From Candidatus Saccharimonadia bacterium (GTDB lineage: Bacteria > Patescibacteriota > Saccharimonadia > Saccharimonadales > JALRHH01), in the NCBI GenBank assembly GCA_023253175.1, contig JALRHH010000002.1:320199-384198 (forward strand): DNA of 64,000 bases. Direction: 5' to 3'. The notes under the pieces were generated by a model. It was not told the DNA's origin. It searched no databases and saw only the letters and a program-made list of their open reading frames with translations. A program made the translations under genes and the position numbers. Below are positions 35,988 to 45,096 of this stretch, in pieces; the stretch's first letter is position 1; the number at the start of each line of letters is the position of its first letter.

Positions 35988-37829
35988 ATGGCAGATCAAA
36001 AAGACCTTCATCCAATGCGGCATTCGCTCGCACATATTATGGCGACTGCTGTGACCACACTCTGGCCAGAAGCCCGCTTAGGCGTGGGCCCAGTTGTAGA
36101 CAATGGATTTTATTACGATATCGACCTCGGTGACACCAAGATTTCAGAGGAAGATTTTCCAAAAATTGAAGCTAAAATGGCCGAGATCATCAAAGCTAAT
36201 CAGGCGTTCGAGCGATTTGAACTACCGGTTGATGAGGCGATCAAGTGGGCACAAGATGCAAAGCAGCCATACAAGGAAGAATTACTTAATGACCTAAAGC
36301 GTCAGGGGACTACCGTAGCGAAAGACCTCGATAGCGAAGCTATGGGCACGATTGCTGATGGCGATGCAGCGGTTGAAAATGTTTCTTTCTATAGGAATGG
36401 TGATTTTACCGATCTATGCCGTGGCCCACACGTAGAATCAACAGGCAAGGTCGGCGCATTCAAGCTGATGCGCGTAGCTGGTGCATACTGGCGCGGCAAA
36501 GATACTAATCCTCAGATGCAGCGTCTCTACGGTGTGGCATTTAGTACTCCGAAGGAACTGAGACAGCATTTAGATATGCTTGAGGAGGCAAAAAAGCGCG
36601 ATCACCGTAAACTCGGCCAGGAACTGGACTTGTTCGTAGTATCTGACTTGGTTGGCCCGGGTTTACCGCTGTTTACACCTCGTGGAACTGTTATTCGTGA
36701 AGAACTCGCACGATTTTCTAATGAGCTTAGGGAAAATGCTGGTTTCCAAAAGGTGGCAACACCTCATATTACCCGTGAAGCGCTCTATGTTAAATCTGGA
36801 CACTGGGCAAAGTTTGGCGACGAGTTATTCCTTGTCCAGAGCCAAGAGACAAGCGATAAGTTCGTCATGAAGCCGATGAACTGCCCGCATCACACACAGA
36901 TTTTTGCGTCTCACCCACGCAGTTACCGTGATATGCCACTCCGTTATCTCGATACAACCACGGTATACAGGGACGAGAAGAGTGGTGAGCTCGGCGGTCT
37001 GTCGCGCGTACGTTCGATTACACAAGATGATAGTCACGTTTTCTGTCGATCTGACCAGATAGAAAAAGAGATTGATAGCCTCATGTCAGCCGCTCGACAG
37101 CTCTATGAGACAGTTGGAATGAAACTTCGTGTGCGTTTGTCGTATAGGGATGAAAGTGATGCGTATTTGGGTGATGTATCTGTTTGGGAATCTGCTCAGG
37201 CTCAGCTAAAATCGGCAGTGGTTAAGAACGGTCTTGAATACTTTGAAGTAGAAGGTGAGGCTGCTTTCTATGGTCCAAAGATCGATATGATGGCAAGTGA
37301 CGCGCTTGGCCGCGAACACCAGCTTGCAACAGTACAGCTGGATTTTGTGCAGCCAGAGCGTTTTGAGCTTGAGTACACTGATGAAAATGGTGATAAACAG
37401 CACCCCGTGATGATTCATAACGCAATCCTTGGTTCACTCGAGCGATTCATGAGCGTATACATAGAGCACACCGCAGGCCGCTTCCCGGTGTGGGTTGCGC
37501 CTGAACAGATTCGTCTTATTACCGTCAACCAGGAGGATGCTACCGTCGCCTTTGCGGATAGTGTACTACTACAGGCCAAAGAACTTGGGCTTCGTGTAAC
37601 GGTTGATAACTCAAACGAATCAGTCGGTAAGAAAATTCGTGCTGCTGAGGTAGCAAAGGTACCATATACAATTGTGATTGGTGAAAAAGAAATGGAAAGT
37701 AGTCAAGTCATGCCTCGTATCCGCAAGGATATCGAAGTCGAATCTGATCATCAGCCGCTCAGTTTTGAGAATTTCTTTAAGACGGTGGCCCACGAGGCAA
37801 AATCACGAACTACTAAAAGCTCACTGTAG
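35988..37829 (+). CDS. thrS: threonyl-tRNA synthetase (no N-terminal TGS domain)
   Basis: Begins at the editing-domain motif HPMRHSLAHIMA. Class II core (MKPMNCPHH, TQDDSHVFC). Anticodon-binding C-terminus. Confidence 0.95.
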   Translation: MADQKDLHPMRHSLAHIMATAVTTLWPEARLGVGPVVDNGFYYDIDLGDTKISEEDFPKIEAKMAEIIKANQAFERFELPVDEAIKWAQDAKQPYKEELLNDLKRQGTTVAKDLDSEAMGTIADGDAAVENVSFYRNGDFTDLCRGPHVESTGKVGAFKLMRVAGAYWRGKDTNPQMQRLYGVAFSTPKELRQHLDMLEEAKKRDHRKLGQELDLFVVSDLVGPGLPLFTPRGTVIREELARFSNELRENAGFQKVATPHITREALYVKSGHWAKFGDELFLVQSQETSDKFVMKPMNCPHHTQIFASHPRSYRDMPLRYLDTTTVYRDEKSGELGGLSRVRSITQDDSHVFCRSDQIEKEIDSLMSAARQLYETVGMKLRVRLSYRDESDAYLGDVSVWESAQAQLKSAVVKNGLEYFEVEGEAAFYGPKIDMMASDALGREHQLATVQLDFVQPERFELEYTDENGDKQHPVMIHNAILGSLERFMSVYIEHTAGRFPVWVAPEQIRLITVNQEDATVAFADSVLLQAKELGLRVTVDNSNESVGKKIRAAEVAKVPYTIVIGEKEMESSQVMPRIRKDIEVESDHQPLSFENFFKTVAHEAKSRTTKSSL

Positions 37830-37835
37830 GATACT

Positions 37836-38429
37836 ATGAAAAAACCGATCATTGCCGTAGACATTGATGAAGTACTTTTTCCATTTGTTAGAGAATTTGC
37901 GGTACATCACAATGAGAAATACGCTACGTCATTGTTACCGGAACAATTTACGACATATCGGTTCGAGGATGTGATAGCCGGTATTGATCAATCTGAGGCT
38001 ATCAAGAGAGTGTATGATTTTACCGCTGAGGATCATGCATCAATCGAACCGCTAAAAGACGCGAGGGAAGGTATCACTCGCCTTGGGGCTAAATATGACA
38101 TTGTGCTCGTGACAGCAAGGCATCCAAAGTTTAAGGCCAGTACCGAGGGTTGGCTTGATAGGTATTTTCCAGGTATGTTCAAGGACTTGGTGATGATAGG
38201 GTTTGAGCATGACGCAACGGTGGCGCCGCGTACTAAAGCACAAGTTTGTGTCGAGCTGGAAGCCATAGCACTCGTAGATGACTCACCTAAATATCTTTCC
38301 CAAGCAGTTGAAGCGGGTGTAAAAGGAATATTATTTGGTGATTATCCATGGAACCAAGTCGAGTTCACGGGTCCGTATATAACAAGGGTTTCAGGATGGA
38401 TTCAATTGGCGGAACATTTCAATGCTTGA
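37836..38429 (+). CDS. HAD-superfamily 5'(3')-deoxyribonucleotidase-like hydrolase
   Basis: IIAVDIDEVLFPF (DxDxV nucleophile motif), 197 aa. Confidence 0.65.
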   Translation: MKKPIIAVDIDEVLFPFVREFAVHHNEKYATSLLPEQFTTYRFEDVIAGIDQSEAIKRVYDFTAEDHASIEPLKDAREGITRLGAKYDIVLVTARHPKFKASTEGWLDRYFPGMFKDLVMIGFEHDATVAPRTKAQVCVELEAIALVDDSPKYLSQAVEAGVKGILFGDYPWNQVEFTGPYITRVSGWIQLAEHFNA

Positions 38430-38763
38430 TAGTGACTTTCGAACGAGAGTAGAGGCGATTGTAGCCCAGATACCAAAGGGAAGGGTCATGACGTATGGGC
38501 AAATTGCGGCACTGTGCGGTAACGCACGTGCATCCAGAGTCGTGGGCGGCATTGCTCACTTTGGTGACCCCGACTTGCCATGGCAGCGTGTTGTGAACAA
38601 GAAGGGTGGTTTAGCTACTGGATACCCTGGTGGCAGGCCAGCGCACGCACTTCATTTAGCTCAAGAAGGCGTAGAGATTGATGCAGAATTCTATGTTCAG
38701 GATATGCATGAACGTTTGTGGTACCCAGAAGGCATGGGTCCTAATCAGGGGCGACTGTTATGA
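38422..38763 (+). CDS. MGMT-family DNA-binding protein lacking the acceptor Cys (alkyltransferase-like)
   Basis: IPKGRVMTYGQIAAL...ASRVVGG...LPWQRVV, where PWQRV replaces PCHRV. Confidence 0.7.
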   Translation: MLDSDFRTRVEAIVAQIPKGRVMTYGQIAALCGNARASRVVGGIAHFGDPDLPWQRVVNKKGGLATGYPGGRPAHALHLAQEGVEIDAEFYVQDMHERLWYPEGMGPNQGRLL

Positions 38764-39629
38764 CGCCATTGGTCGTGATAGTAGGGGAGACTGCGAGCGG
38801 TAAGACTGCCTTATCGATTGAGCTTGCCAAGCGGCTTGGTGGTGAGATTATCTGTGCTGACTCTTGGACGGTGTACAAAGGGTTTGATATTGGTACTGCC
38901 AAGCCAACAGCAGAAGAGCAGCAGGGTGTTCCCCATCATTTACTGGATGTTGCAGATCCATCAGAAGGGTTCAGTGCTGCGGTATTTCAGAGAATGGCCA
39001 AGCAGAAGATAGAAGAAATAGCAGCAAGAGGCAGCTTGCCAATCATAGTTGGCGGCACTGGGCTCTATGCGGACAGTATCTTGTACGACTACAGCTTCTT
39101 GCCCGCATCAGATCCGGCGCAGCGCGAGGTGCTCAATCAAATGAGCCTCGATGATTTGCTGCAAAAGGCTGCTGATATGGGATTGGATACAAGCCAGGTT
39201 GATGTACGAAATAAGCGCCGTGTCATACGGCTTATAGAAAATAATGGGCAAATGCCGACCCGTCAGCCCCTCCGGGAAAATACTGTTGTGCTGGGTATTC
39301 GCCGGCCGGGTGCTGAAATGGAACAACGAATCATTCAGCGTATTGAGGCAATGATTGATTCAGGTTTTGTTGATGAAGTCGCAAAGTTGGGTGCTCAGTA
39401 TGGCTGGGACTGCGAAGCGATGAAAGCTCCGGGTTACACAGCGCTTGCGCAGTACATTAATGGAACCATTGGCCTCGACGAGGCTAAGCAGCGAACCGTC
39501 CGTCAGCATCTGCAGCTCGCCAAGAAACAGCGAACTTGGTTTAAACGAAATTCTAGTATTCAATGGGTCTCAACAGATGACAGTATTGAAGACATTTGTG
39601 AAAACGTGCGACATACGTTGAACAAATAA
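38760..39629 (+). CDS. miaA: tRNA dimethylallyltransferase
   Basis: VIVGETASGKTALSIELAKRLGGEIICADSWTVYKGFDIGTAKPT...VPHHLLDV. Confidence 0.9.
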   Translation: MTPLVVIVGETASGKTALSIELAKRLGGEIICADSWTVYKGFDIGTAKPTAEEQQGVPHHLLDVADPSEGFSAAVFQRMAKQKIEEIAARGSLPIIVGGTGLYADSILYDYSFLPASDPAQREVLNQMSLDDLLQKAADMGLDTSQVDVRNKRRVIRLIENNGQMPTRQPLRENTVVLGIRRPGAEMEQRIIQRIEAMIDSGFVDEVAKLGAQYGWDCEAMKAPGYTALAQYINGTIGLDEAKQRTVRQHLQLAKKQRTWFKRNSSIQWVSTDDSIEDICENVRHTLNK

Positions 39630-39667
39630 CATTTAGCAATGCCGCCTGGGTTTGTTACAATGACTGT

Positions 39668-40285
39668 ATGGTTGAACAACTCTTTGGGTCCAAAACACGT
39701 GTAAAGCTTTTGCAGCTTTTTTATAGCAATCCGAATCGATCATTTTATGTTCGTGAAATAACAAGAAAAATTGATGAACAAATAAACTCAGTTCGGCGCG
39801 AGCTTGCTAATTTGCTCAGTATTGGAATTATTTCGTCTGACAATACTAATAATCGTTTATATTATGAAGTAAATCAGCAATATGAATATTATGAGCCACT
39901 TGCCGCGATCTTTGGCGGCGGTGTCATGTCGGCTCCGGCCGCACCAGCTGCTGATGCTCAGGCAACATCGATTAAGTCACTTGGGAACGTGCGCTTGGCA
40001 TTTTTGACAGGGCAGTTTACCCGTGATGATGCCAGCGGTACGGACTTATTTATAGTAGGCGATGTCAATCAGACGCAGCTTACAAAGTTTGTATCAGAGC
40101 TCGAACAGCAAGAAGGTAAAGAGATCCGCTTTACTCTTATGCAGCCGCAGGAGTTCAAATATCGTCAGCAGGTGAATGATCGGTTCTTGAATTTAGTCAT
40201 GACATCCAAGATGCAGGTACTAATAGATAAAGATAAAGTGCTCACCGTAGCCAAGCCAGACAATTCAGAAAAAGAAGAGGAGTAA
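39668..40285 (+). CDS. winged-helix transcriptional regulator-like protein
   Basis: LFGSKTRVKLLQLFYSNPNRSFYVREITRKIDEQINSVRRELANL, an ArsR-like wHTH N-terminus. Confidence 0.6.
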   Translation: MVEQLFGSKTRVKLLQLFYSNPNRSFYVREITRKIDEQINSVRRELANLLSIGIISSDNTNNRLYYEVNQQYEYYEPLAAIFGGGVMSAPAAPAADAQATSIKSLGNVRLAFLTGQFTRDDASGTDLFIVGDVNQTQLTKFVSELEQQEGKEIRFTLMQPQEFKYRQQVNDRFLNLVMTSKMQVLIDKDKVLTVAKPDNSEKEEE

Positions 40286-40287
40286 CC

Positions 40288-40911
40288 ATGGAATTACAGT
40301 ATTTCGGAGCTAACACTATTAAGATCGCAACCAAGAAGGCGACCATTACGATTGACGACAACCTTGCTGAGCTCGGTGCAAAGTCAGTGACCAAAGCTGG
40401 TGACATTAGTCTGTTTACTGGTGCACACGGCGTATTGCCGGTTGAGTCAAAGATTGTGGTTGATCAGCCTGGCGAATACGAAGTGTCAGATATCTCTATT
40501 CAGGGTATTCCAGCTCGTTCTCACCTGGATGAAGAAGGAAAACTTAGTGCAACAATCTATAAGCTATTGATTGATGATGTACGCGTAGCAGTTATTGGTC
40601 ATATCTATCCTGCGCTCAGTAGTAGCCAGCTTGAGGCACTCGGTACAATTGATGTATTGATTATCCCTGTCGGCGGTAACGGCTATACACTTGATCCAGT
40701 TGGTGCGCTAAAACTCGTGAAAGACATCGAGCCGAAGCTGATTATCCCAACTCACTTTGAAGATACTTCACTAAACTATCCTGTGCCGCAGCAACCGCTT
40801 ACAGAAGCGATTAAGGTACTTGCTATGGAGCCACGTGAAACAACCGCCAAGCTCAAGCTCAAAGCTGCTGACCTAGGTGAAGGTACCCAGCTCGTTATCC
40901 TAGAGCGCTAA
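40288..40911 (+). CDS. MBL-fold (UPF0173-like) hydrolase homolog with a degenerate metal motif
   Basis: The overall pattern (LQYFGANTIKI..., IIPVGGN, IIPTHFED) resembles MBL-fold hydrolases, but no HxHxDH motif is seen. Confidence 0.45.
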   Translation: MELQYFGANTIKIATKKATITIDDNLAELGAKSVTKAGDISLFTGAHGVLPVESKIVVDQPGEYEVSDISIQGIPARSHLDEEGKLSATIYKLLIDDVRVAVIGHIYPALSSSQLEALGTIDVLIIPVGGNGYTLDPVGALKLVKDIEPKLIIPTHFEDTSLNYPVPQQPLTEAIKVLAMEPRETTAKLKLKAADLGEGTQLVILER

Positions 40912-40931
40912 GTATTGATATAGTTCTAATT

Positions 40932-40960
40932 AAAAACTCCCGGTTTTCCCGGGAGTTTTT
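40932..40960. terminator. bidirectional hairpin terminator
   Basis: AAAAACTCCCGG-tttt-CCCGGGAGTTTTT. Confidence 0.8.
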
Positions 40961-40962
40961 AA

Positions 40963-41157
40963 TTACGCGGCGATGACGCCTTTTTTCTTGAGGGTGCGAA
41001 TAGCCTGTGTGCTAAGCTTCATCGTAACCTTCTTGCCGTCGACTACGAGAGTCTTCTTCTGAAGATTCGGCTTCCATACCTTTTTGGTGTGGCGCTGTGA
41101 GAAGCTAACGTTGCTACCAAACTGCTTGCCCTTGCCAGTGATTTCACACTTCTGCAT
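40963..41157 (-). CDS. rpmB: 50S ribosomal protein L28
   Basis: MQKCEITGKGKQFGSNVSFSQRHTKKVWKPNLQ. I set the start at ATG 41157. Confidence 0.9.
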   Translation of the reverse strand: MQKCEITGKGKQFGSNVSFSQRHTKKVWKPNLQKKTLVVDGKKVTMKLSTQAIRTLKKKGVIAA

Positions 41158-41352
41158 TGCTAATCCTTCCGTCCCGTCCACACTTAATTTATTGGCTGGA
41201 ACATTCAAGGCTGAATTATATCTGTTTTATCTCTGTTAGTCAAGACTAAAACAGGGGAGAGTATTTGGTATAGTTGAGGCACGGAAGAAAACATAAGTAC
41301 ACGTATAGTTTCTGGGTACAGAAAGCCATATCCGTAGGATATACTAATATAT

Positions 41353-41976
41353 ATGGATTTCTTCGGCACAAACCTCATTCTGTTTATTGTCTCTCTGGTA
41401 ATTGCAATCAGCATTCACGAAATGATGCACGCGCTCACAGCCTTTTGGCTTGGTGATGATACGGCGAGTGATCATGGGAGGATTACGCTCAACCCATTGG
41501 CGCATATCGACCCGTTAACGACGATTTTACTGCCAATTGTTCTTATTATGCTTCATTTGCCACCTATTTTGGCTGCGAAACCAGTTCCTTTCAACCCTGA
41601 TAGGGTCAAGTTTGAGGAGTTTGGGGCTGCGCTCGTAGGGCTGGCAGGGCCGTTAACAAACCTTGCATTAGCTATCGTATCGGCACTGACACTGGGTTTG
41701 ATCCAGCCGGATTTCGGCACGCTACCAAGAGATTTCCTACTTATGTTTATCAATTTGAACGTAGCACTGTTTGTATTTAATATGCTGCCGATCCCGCCGC
41801 TTGACGGGTCCCGCGTGCTTTATGCCTTTGCTCCAGAGCCAGTGCAACGTGTCATGGCACAGATTGAACAGTTTGGTATCATTGCGATTTTATTGATTCT
41901 ACTTATAATTGGTCCATCATTCTTATTCCCGATAATTTCAGATTTAAATGACTACATCCTTAGGCTCTTGGTATAA
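41353..41976 (+). CDS. M50-family (site-2 protease-like) membrane metalloprotease
   Basis: HEMMHALTAFWLGD (HExxH) in the first TM helix, and a NMLPIPPLDGSRV second motif. Confidence 0.8.
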   Translation: MDFFGTNLILFIVSLVIAISIHEMMHALTAFWLGDDTASDHGRITLNPLAHIDPLTTILLPIVLIMLHLPPILAAKPVPFNPDRVKFEEFGAALVGLAGPLTNLALAIVSALTLGLIQPDFGTLPRDFLLMFINLNVALFVFNMLPIPPLDGSRVLYAFAPEPVQRVMAQIEQFGIIAILLILLIIGPSFLFPIISDLNDYILRLLV

Positions 41977-42145
41977 TAGAAGTAGGCTTTAGCACGTACT
42001 TGTACGTTAAAAGAGGTCTGTAATGATAATCTGAATACTTATCATTAGGGATTCCAATATTCGTTGCAATACTGCGGTATTGCCGTGCGGAGACCCACCT
42101 GGAGATTTATAGTCCGGGTTGTCATAAGGCTTCGCTAAGGTCTAC

Positions 42146-42180
42146 ATAAAAAGTCCGAAGTAGTTCTTCGGACTTTTTAT
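42146..42180. terminator. bidirectional hairpin terminator abutting the tRNA-Pro 3' end
   Basis: ATAAAAAGTCCGAAG-tagtt-CTTCGGACTTTTTAT. Confidence 0.8.
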
Positions 42181-42181
42181 G

Positions 42182-42257
42182 TGGTCAGGATGACTGGACT
42201 TGAACCAGCGGTCTCTGCACCCCCAGCGCAGCGCTTTACCAACTAAGCTACACCCTG
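42182..42257 (-). tRNA. tRNA-Pro (anticodon GGG)
   Basis: CAGGGTG/TA/GCTT-AGTTGGTA-AAGC/CTGCG-CTGGGGG-TGCAG/GCTGG-TTCAAGT-CCAGT/CATCCTG-A-CCA. It has the C1-G72 pair typical of bacterial tRNA-Pro. Confidence 0.85.
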
Positions 42258-42320
42258 ACAATGTTTGATAGTATAGCGGTATCTTCGTCGATTTAACAGA
42301 TCTGCGGTACAATAGGCTAT

Positions 42321-43004
42321 ATGTGGCAAACAACAGAAAATAAATTACACAAACAGTTCAAATTTGGTAGTTTTGATGAAGCGATAGATTTTATCAACAA
42401 GGTCGCCAAACTTGCGCGTAGCAAGAACCACCACCCGGTAATTATTAATATATACGATACTGTAGAGCTGGAGCTCAGTACACATGAGGCGGGGAATATC
42501 GTAACTGACAAAGACACTGATTTTGCCGAGGCGGTTGATGCAATACTGAATCCCCTAAAGCCAGAGCCAGCAGAAGCTATAGTGCCAACATCTGCGAAAT
42601 TCGTGAAGCTATTCGGTGACGGTGGTTCACGTGGTAATCCAGGGCCATCAGCGTCTGGGTTTGTTATTCTTGATGCCGACGATAATTTGATCTTGGAAAA
42701 GGGCGTATATCTTGGCATTACAACTAACAATCAGGCTGAATATCAGTCTCTCAAGCTCGGTCTTGAAGAGGCGCGTCGCATGGGCGTACAAGAGGTAGCG
42801 GTGCATATGGACAGCTTACTTGTCATTAATCAGATGAAGGGTATTTTTAAGGTCAAGAACCGTGATCTCTGGCCAATCTACGAATCTATCAAGGAACTCG
42901 TGACCCACTTTAAGAAAGTGACATTTACGCATGTCCCGCGTGAGCTCAACAAGCTTGCAGACGCCGAAGTCAACAAGGCTCTCGATCTCGAAGCTGGCAA
43001 ATAG
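42321..43004 (+). CDS. fusion protein: pterin-4a-carbinolamine dehydratase (PCD/DCoH) domain plus RNase HI domain
   Basis: N-terminus FKFGSFDEAIDFINKVAKLARSKNHHPVIINIYDTVELELSTHE. C-terminus FGDGGSRGNPGPSASG...NNQAEYQSL...HMDSLLVINQ...LNKLADAEVN (the DEDD residues). Confidence 0.8.
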   Translation: MWQTTENKLHKQFKFGSFDEAIDFINKVAKLARSKNHHPVIINIYDTVELELSTHEAGNIVTDKDTDFAEAVDAILNPLKPEPAEAIVPTSAKFVKLFGDGGSRGNPGPSASGFVILDADDNLILEKGVYLGITTNNQAEYQSLKLGLEEARRMGVQEVAVHMDSLLVINQMKGIFKVKNRDLWPIYESIKELVTHFKKVTFTHVPRELNKLADAEVNKALDLEAGK

Positions 43005-43040
43005 GCCCCGAGAGTGCTAACGGTTATGGTACAATATAGG

Positions 43041-43394
43041 GGTCAGGCTATCGGCTGGCCGCTTATACTCCCGTATAAGAGGAAAGTCCGGGCAGCGTAG
43101 GGAAAGACAGTTGCTAACGGCAACCGGGGGCAACCCTAGGGAAAGTGCCACAGAAACGATACCGCTCATTTATGAGTAAGGGTGAAACGAGTGGGGTAAA
43201 AGCCCACAGTCCTGCATGGTGACATGCGGGGGAGGTAAACCCTGTCTGCTGCAAGGAGATTGATCCTACTTAGAGGTTTCCCGCCTTGGGTCAGTCATAA
43301 AATCCGCTTGAGCCACTGAGCAATCGGTGGACTAGATAGATGGTCGGCAAGGCCGTTCGCGGCTGAACAGAACCCGGCTTATAGGTATTCTGAC
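43041..43394 (+). ncRNA. rnpB: RNase P RNA (bacterial type A)
   Basis: GAGGAAAGTCCGGGC (43079-43093), CACAGAAACGATACCGC, AAGGGTGAAA, GGTAAACCC and ACAGAACCCGGCTTAT. The ends are approximate. Confidence 0.85.
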
Positions 43395-43400
43395 AATATC

Positions 43401-43431
43401 GAAAACCACGGCGCAACAGCCGTGGTTTTTG
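43401..43431 (+). terminator. rho-independent terminator after rnpB
   Basis: AAAACCACGGC-gcaaca-GCCGTGGTTTTT. Confidence 0.8.
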
Positions 43432-43441
43432 CTTACATATA

Positions 43442-43470
43442 TTGACAAAATGCTAATGCTTATGTATAAT
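43442..43470 (+). promoter_or_regulatory. consensus sigma70 promoter placed for a leaderless transcript
   Basis: TTGACA (43442-43447), a 17-nt spacer, then TATAAT (43465-43470). The ATG of the next ORF starts 8 nt after the -10 box, and there is no SD. Confidence 0.65.
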
Positions 43471-43478
43471 ATTTTATT

Positions 43479-43733
43479 ATGACACAAAACAAAAATTTCG
43501 AAATGACAACGCTTAAAGGAAACTCTGATTTAAGTCAGGTTGAGGTTGGTGATCACGTACAGTTCCATCGTGGAGAAGGTCAGCGGGCGATTATCTTCCC
43601 GGCCGATAAGGTGCTGACCTCAGATCGACAATCTCTGCACGAAGCGTCAGATGGTAGTAGTGAGCTACTCGATGGTTCTTATGCCGTCAAACTCGGTGGC
43701 GCAGTCATTGGCCTGTCAGAAATTGATAAATAG
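43479..43733 (+). CDS. hypothetical protein
   Basis: 84-aa ORF directly behind the consensus promoter. Confidence 0.55.
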   Translation: MTQNKNFEMTTLKGNSDLSQVEVGDHVQFHRGEGQRAIIFPADKVLTSDRQSLHEASDGSSELLDGSYAVKLGGAVIGLSEIDK

Positions 43734-43748
43734 AAATCTACAAATAAC

Positions 43749-45026
43749 ATGCCTCACACTCCAGAATCAGAAGCAGCCCAACAATTAATAGAGCATGAAG
43801 CCGTAACTCAAGCAGTTGGTGGTCTTGCGATGACCGAACTTATCCAAACTGCAGTCACTGATGAACTTATCGCAGAGCGTAATAATGACTTTGCTGATCG
43901 ATATGGACGCGGCCATAAGAGCAAGCAAAAGATACTCGATGACTTAGCCACAGGACCCGTAGAGCATACGATCGCCTACAAATCTTTGCTTACCGAGTAT
44001 CTGGATAAACACACTGAGCACGGCCAAATTCAGACTGCCGAGCAAATCGCTGACTATTTAGACGTCGCTGTTGCCCACGTTAAGTCCCGCAAGCTTGCCG
44101 GGGAATATGGTTATATTCATAGGGGTATATCAAAGGAGATATACAGGAGCGGTGTCCCAAAGGATGTGCTTGCTCGGGCAATGGGTGAAGATGTCCATGA
44201 CGCAAAACTTGCAGCAAAGCAGGCAGCTGAAAACGTAACAAAGATGATAGAGAAGATACCATATAATTTTGCTGCAGAGGTTAAGAGGGGGTTCGCACAG
44301 GAGCTTAACATGCCAACATCAGATATGGTTTCGTTTGTTGGCCACGAAATTCCCGAAGAGATACTCGGCCACCAGGATGCGATTACACGCGGAAATCTGC
44401 GAATTGCAAAAGAAGTGATACCATATGAACCCGAAAAGGTAGAAGCCGAAATACCTAATTACCTTATGCGCGCAACCCGAGGTACAGTGGCTCCGAGCCT
44501 TCTGCTGCCCGCCGTGCGAAGTTACTTTAGTAAGGAATATCCCGAGGGTTTATTGGCTAACTCAAGGAGCCGTCCAGATTATGCCGCTGCAACAACAGAT
44601 ATGCTAATGCTTACATTAAAAGAGATGAAGGATGTTGATAAGAACGCTGGATCTATGTATGGCATGCTACTCCAGCAAGCGGAGCGCGTATCTCGTAGCG
44701 GGCGTTTAGACGTACGAAACTCGGTAAAGGCATCGGACGCGCTGCGTCCTCCAGTTGGAGCATTGGTTAATTTGGCAAACAAGCTTAGTCCGTCACTAGA
44801 AAAGGCAACCGGTAGAGCACACGACCCCATTACTTCCGATGGTGGTGATCTGCAGTTTACGCAGGCAGTTAGTCGGATTACTGAGGCTCTATTGTTTGCG
44901 ACCAAGAACCCTGATTTTACCGTAGACCAAGCGGAGCATGCAGTTGCGAGCCTCGAGTGTATTGACCTTATGAATGGTCGACTTGAGCAGTATATGCACG
45001 CCAGGGCTGCAGCCACTCGGAAATAA
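43749..45026 (+). CDS. hypothetical soluble helical protein
   Basis: 425-aa ORF with no TM segment, signal peptide or recognised motif. It is followed by a terminator. Confidence 0.6.
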   Translation: MPHTPESEAAQQLIEHEAVTQAVGGLAMTELIQTAVTDELIAERNNDFADRYGRGHKSKQKILDDLATGPVEHTIAYKSLLTEYLDKHTEHGQIQTAEQIADYLDVAVAHVKSRKLAGEYGYIHRGISKEIYRSGVPKDVLARAMGEDVHDAKLAAKQAAENVTKMIEKIPYNFAAEVKRGFAQELNMPTSDMVSFVGHEIPEEILGHQDAITRGNLRIAKEVIPYEPEKVEAEIPNYLMRATRGTVAPSLLLPAVRSYFSKEYPEGLLANSRSRPDYAAATTDMLMLTLKEMKDVDKNAGSMYGMLLQQAERVSRSGRLDVRNSVKASDALRPPVGALVNLANKLSPSLEKATGRAHDPITSDGGDLQFTQAVSRITEALLFATKNPDFTVDQAEHAVASLECIDLMNGRLEQYMHARAAATRK

Positions 45027-45043
45027 AATAATCCGGATAAAGA

Positions 45044-45076
45044 AAAAACACCCCGGTAATCCGAGGTGTTTTTTGT
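45044..45076. terminator. bidirectional hairpin terminator
   Basis: AAAAAACACCCCGG-taat-CCGAGGTGTTTTTT (one mismatch). Confidence 0.7.
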
Positions 45077-45096
45077 TATAAGAAGTTTGGAGTAAC

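Noticed and set aside
35741-36035. Minus-strand ORFs 35741-35932 and 35820-36035
   Set aside because: They are antisense to the thrS promoter, leader and start, and have no RBS. They are more likely chance ORFs.
3369-41208. ORF-track N-terminal extensions of rpsF (3369), rpsR (3688), tlyA (7383), the pilin (21786), nrdR (35262) and rpmB (41208)
   Set aside because: In each case an internal ATG gives the conserved family N-terminus. For most of them it also has a better-placed RBS or a stop/start overlap (not for nrdR). The extensions overlap upstream genes or lack conservation.
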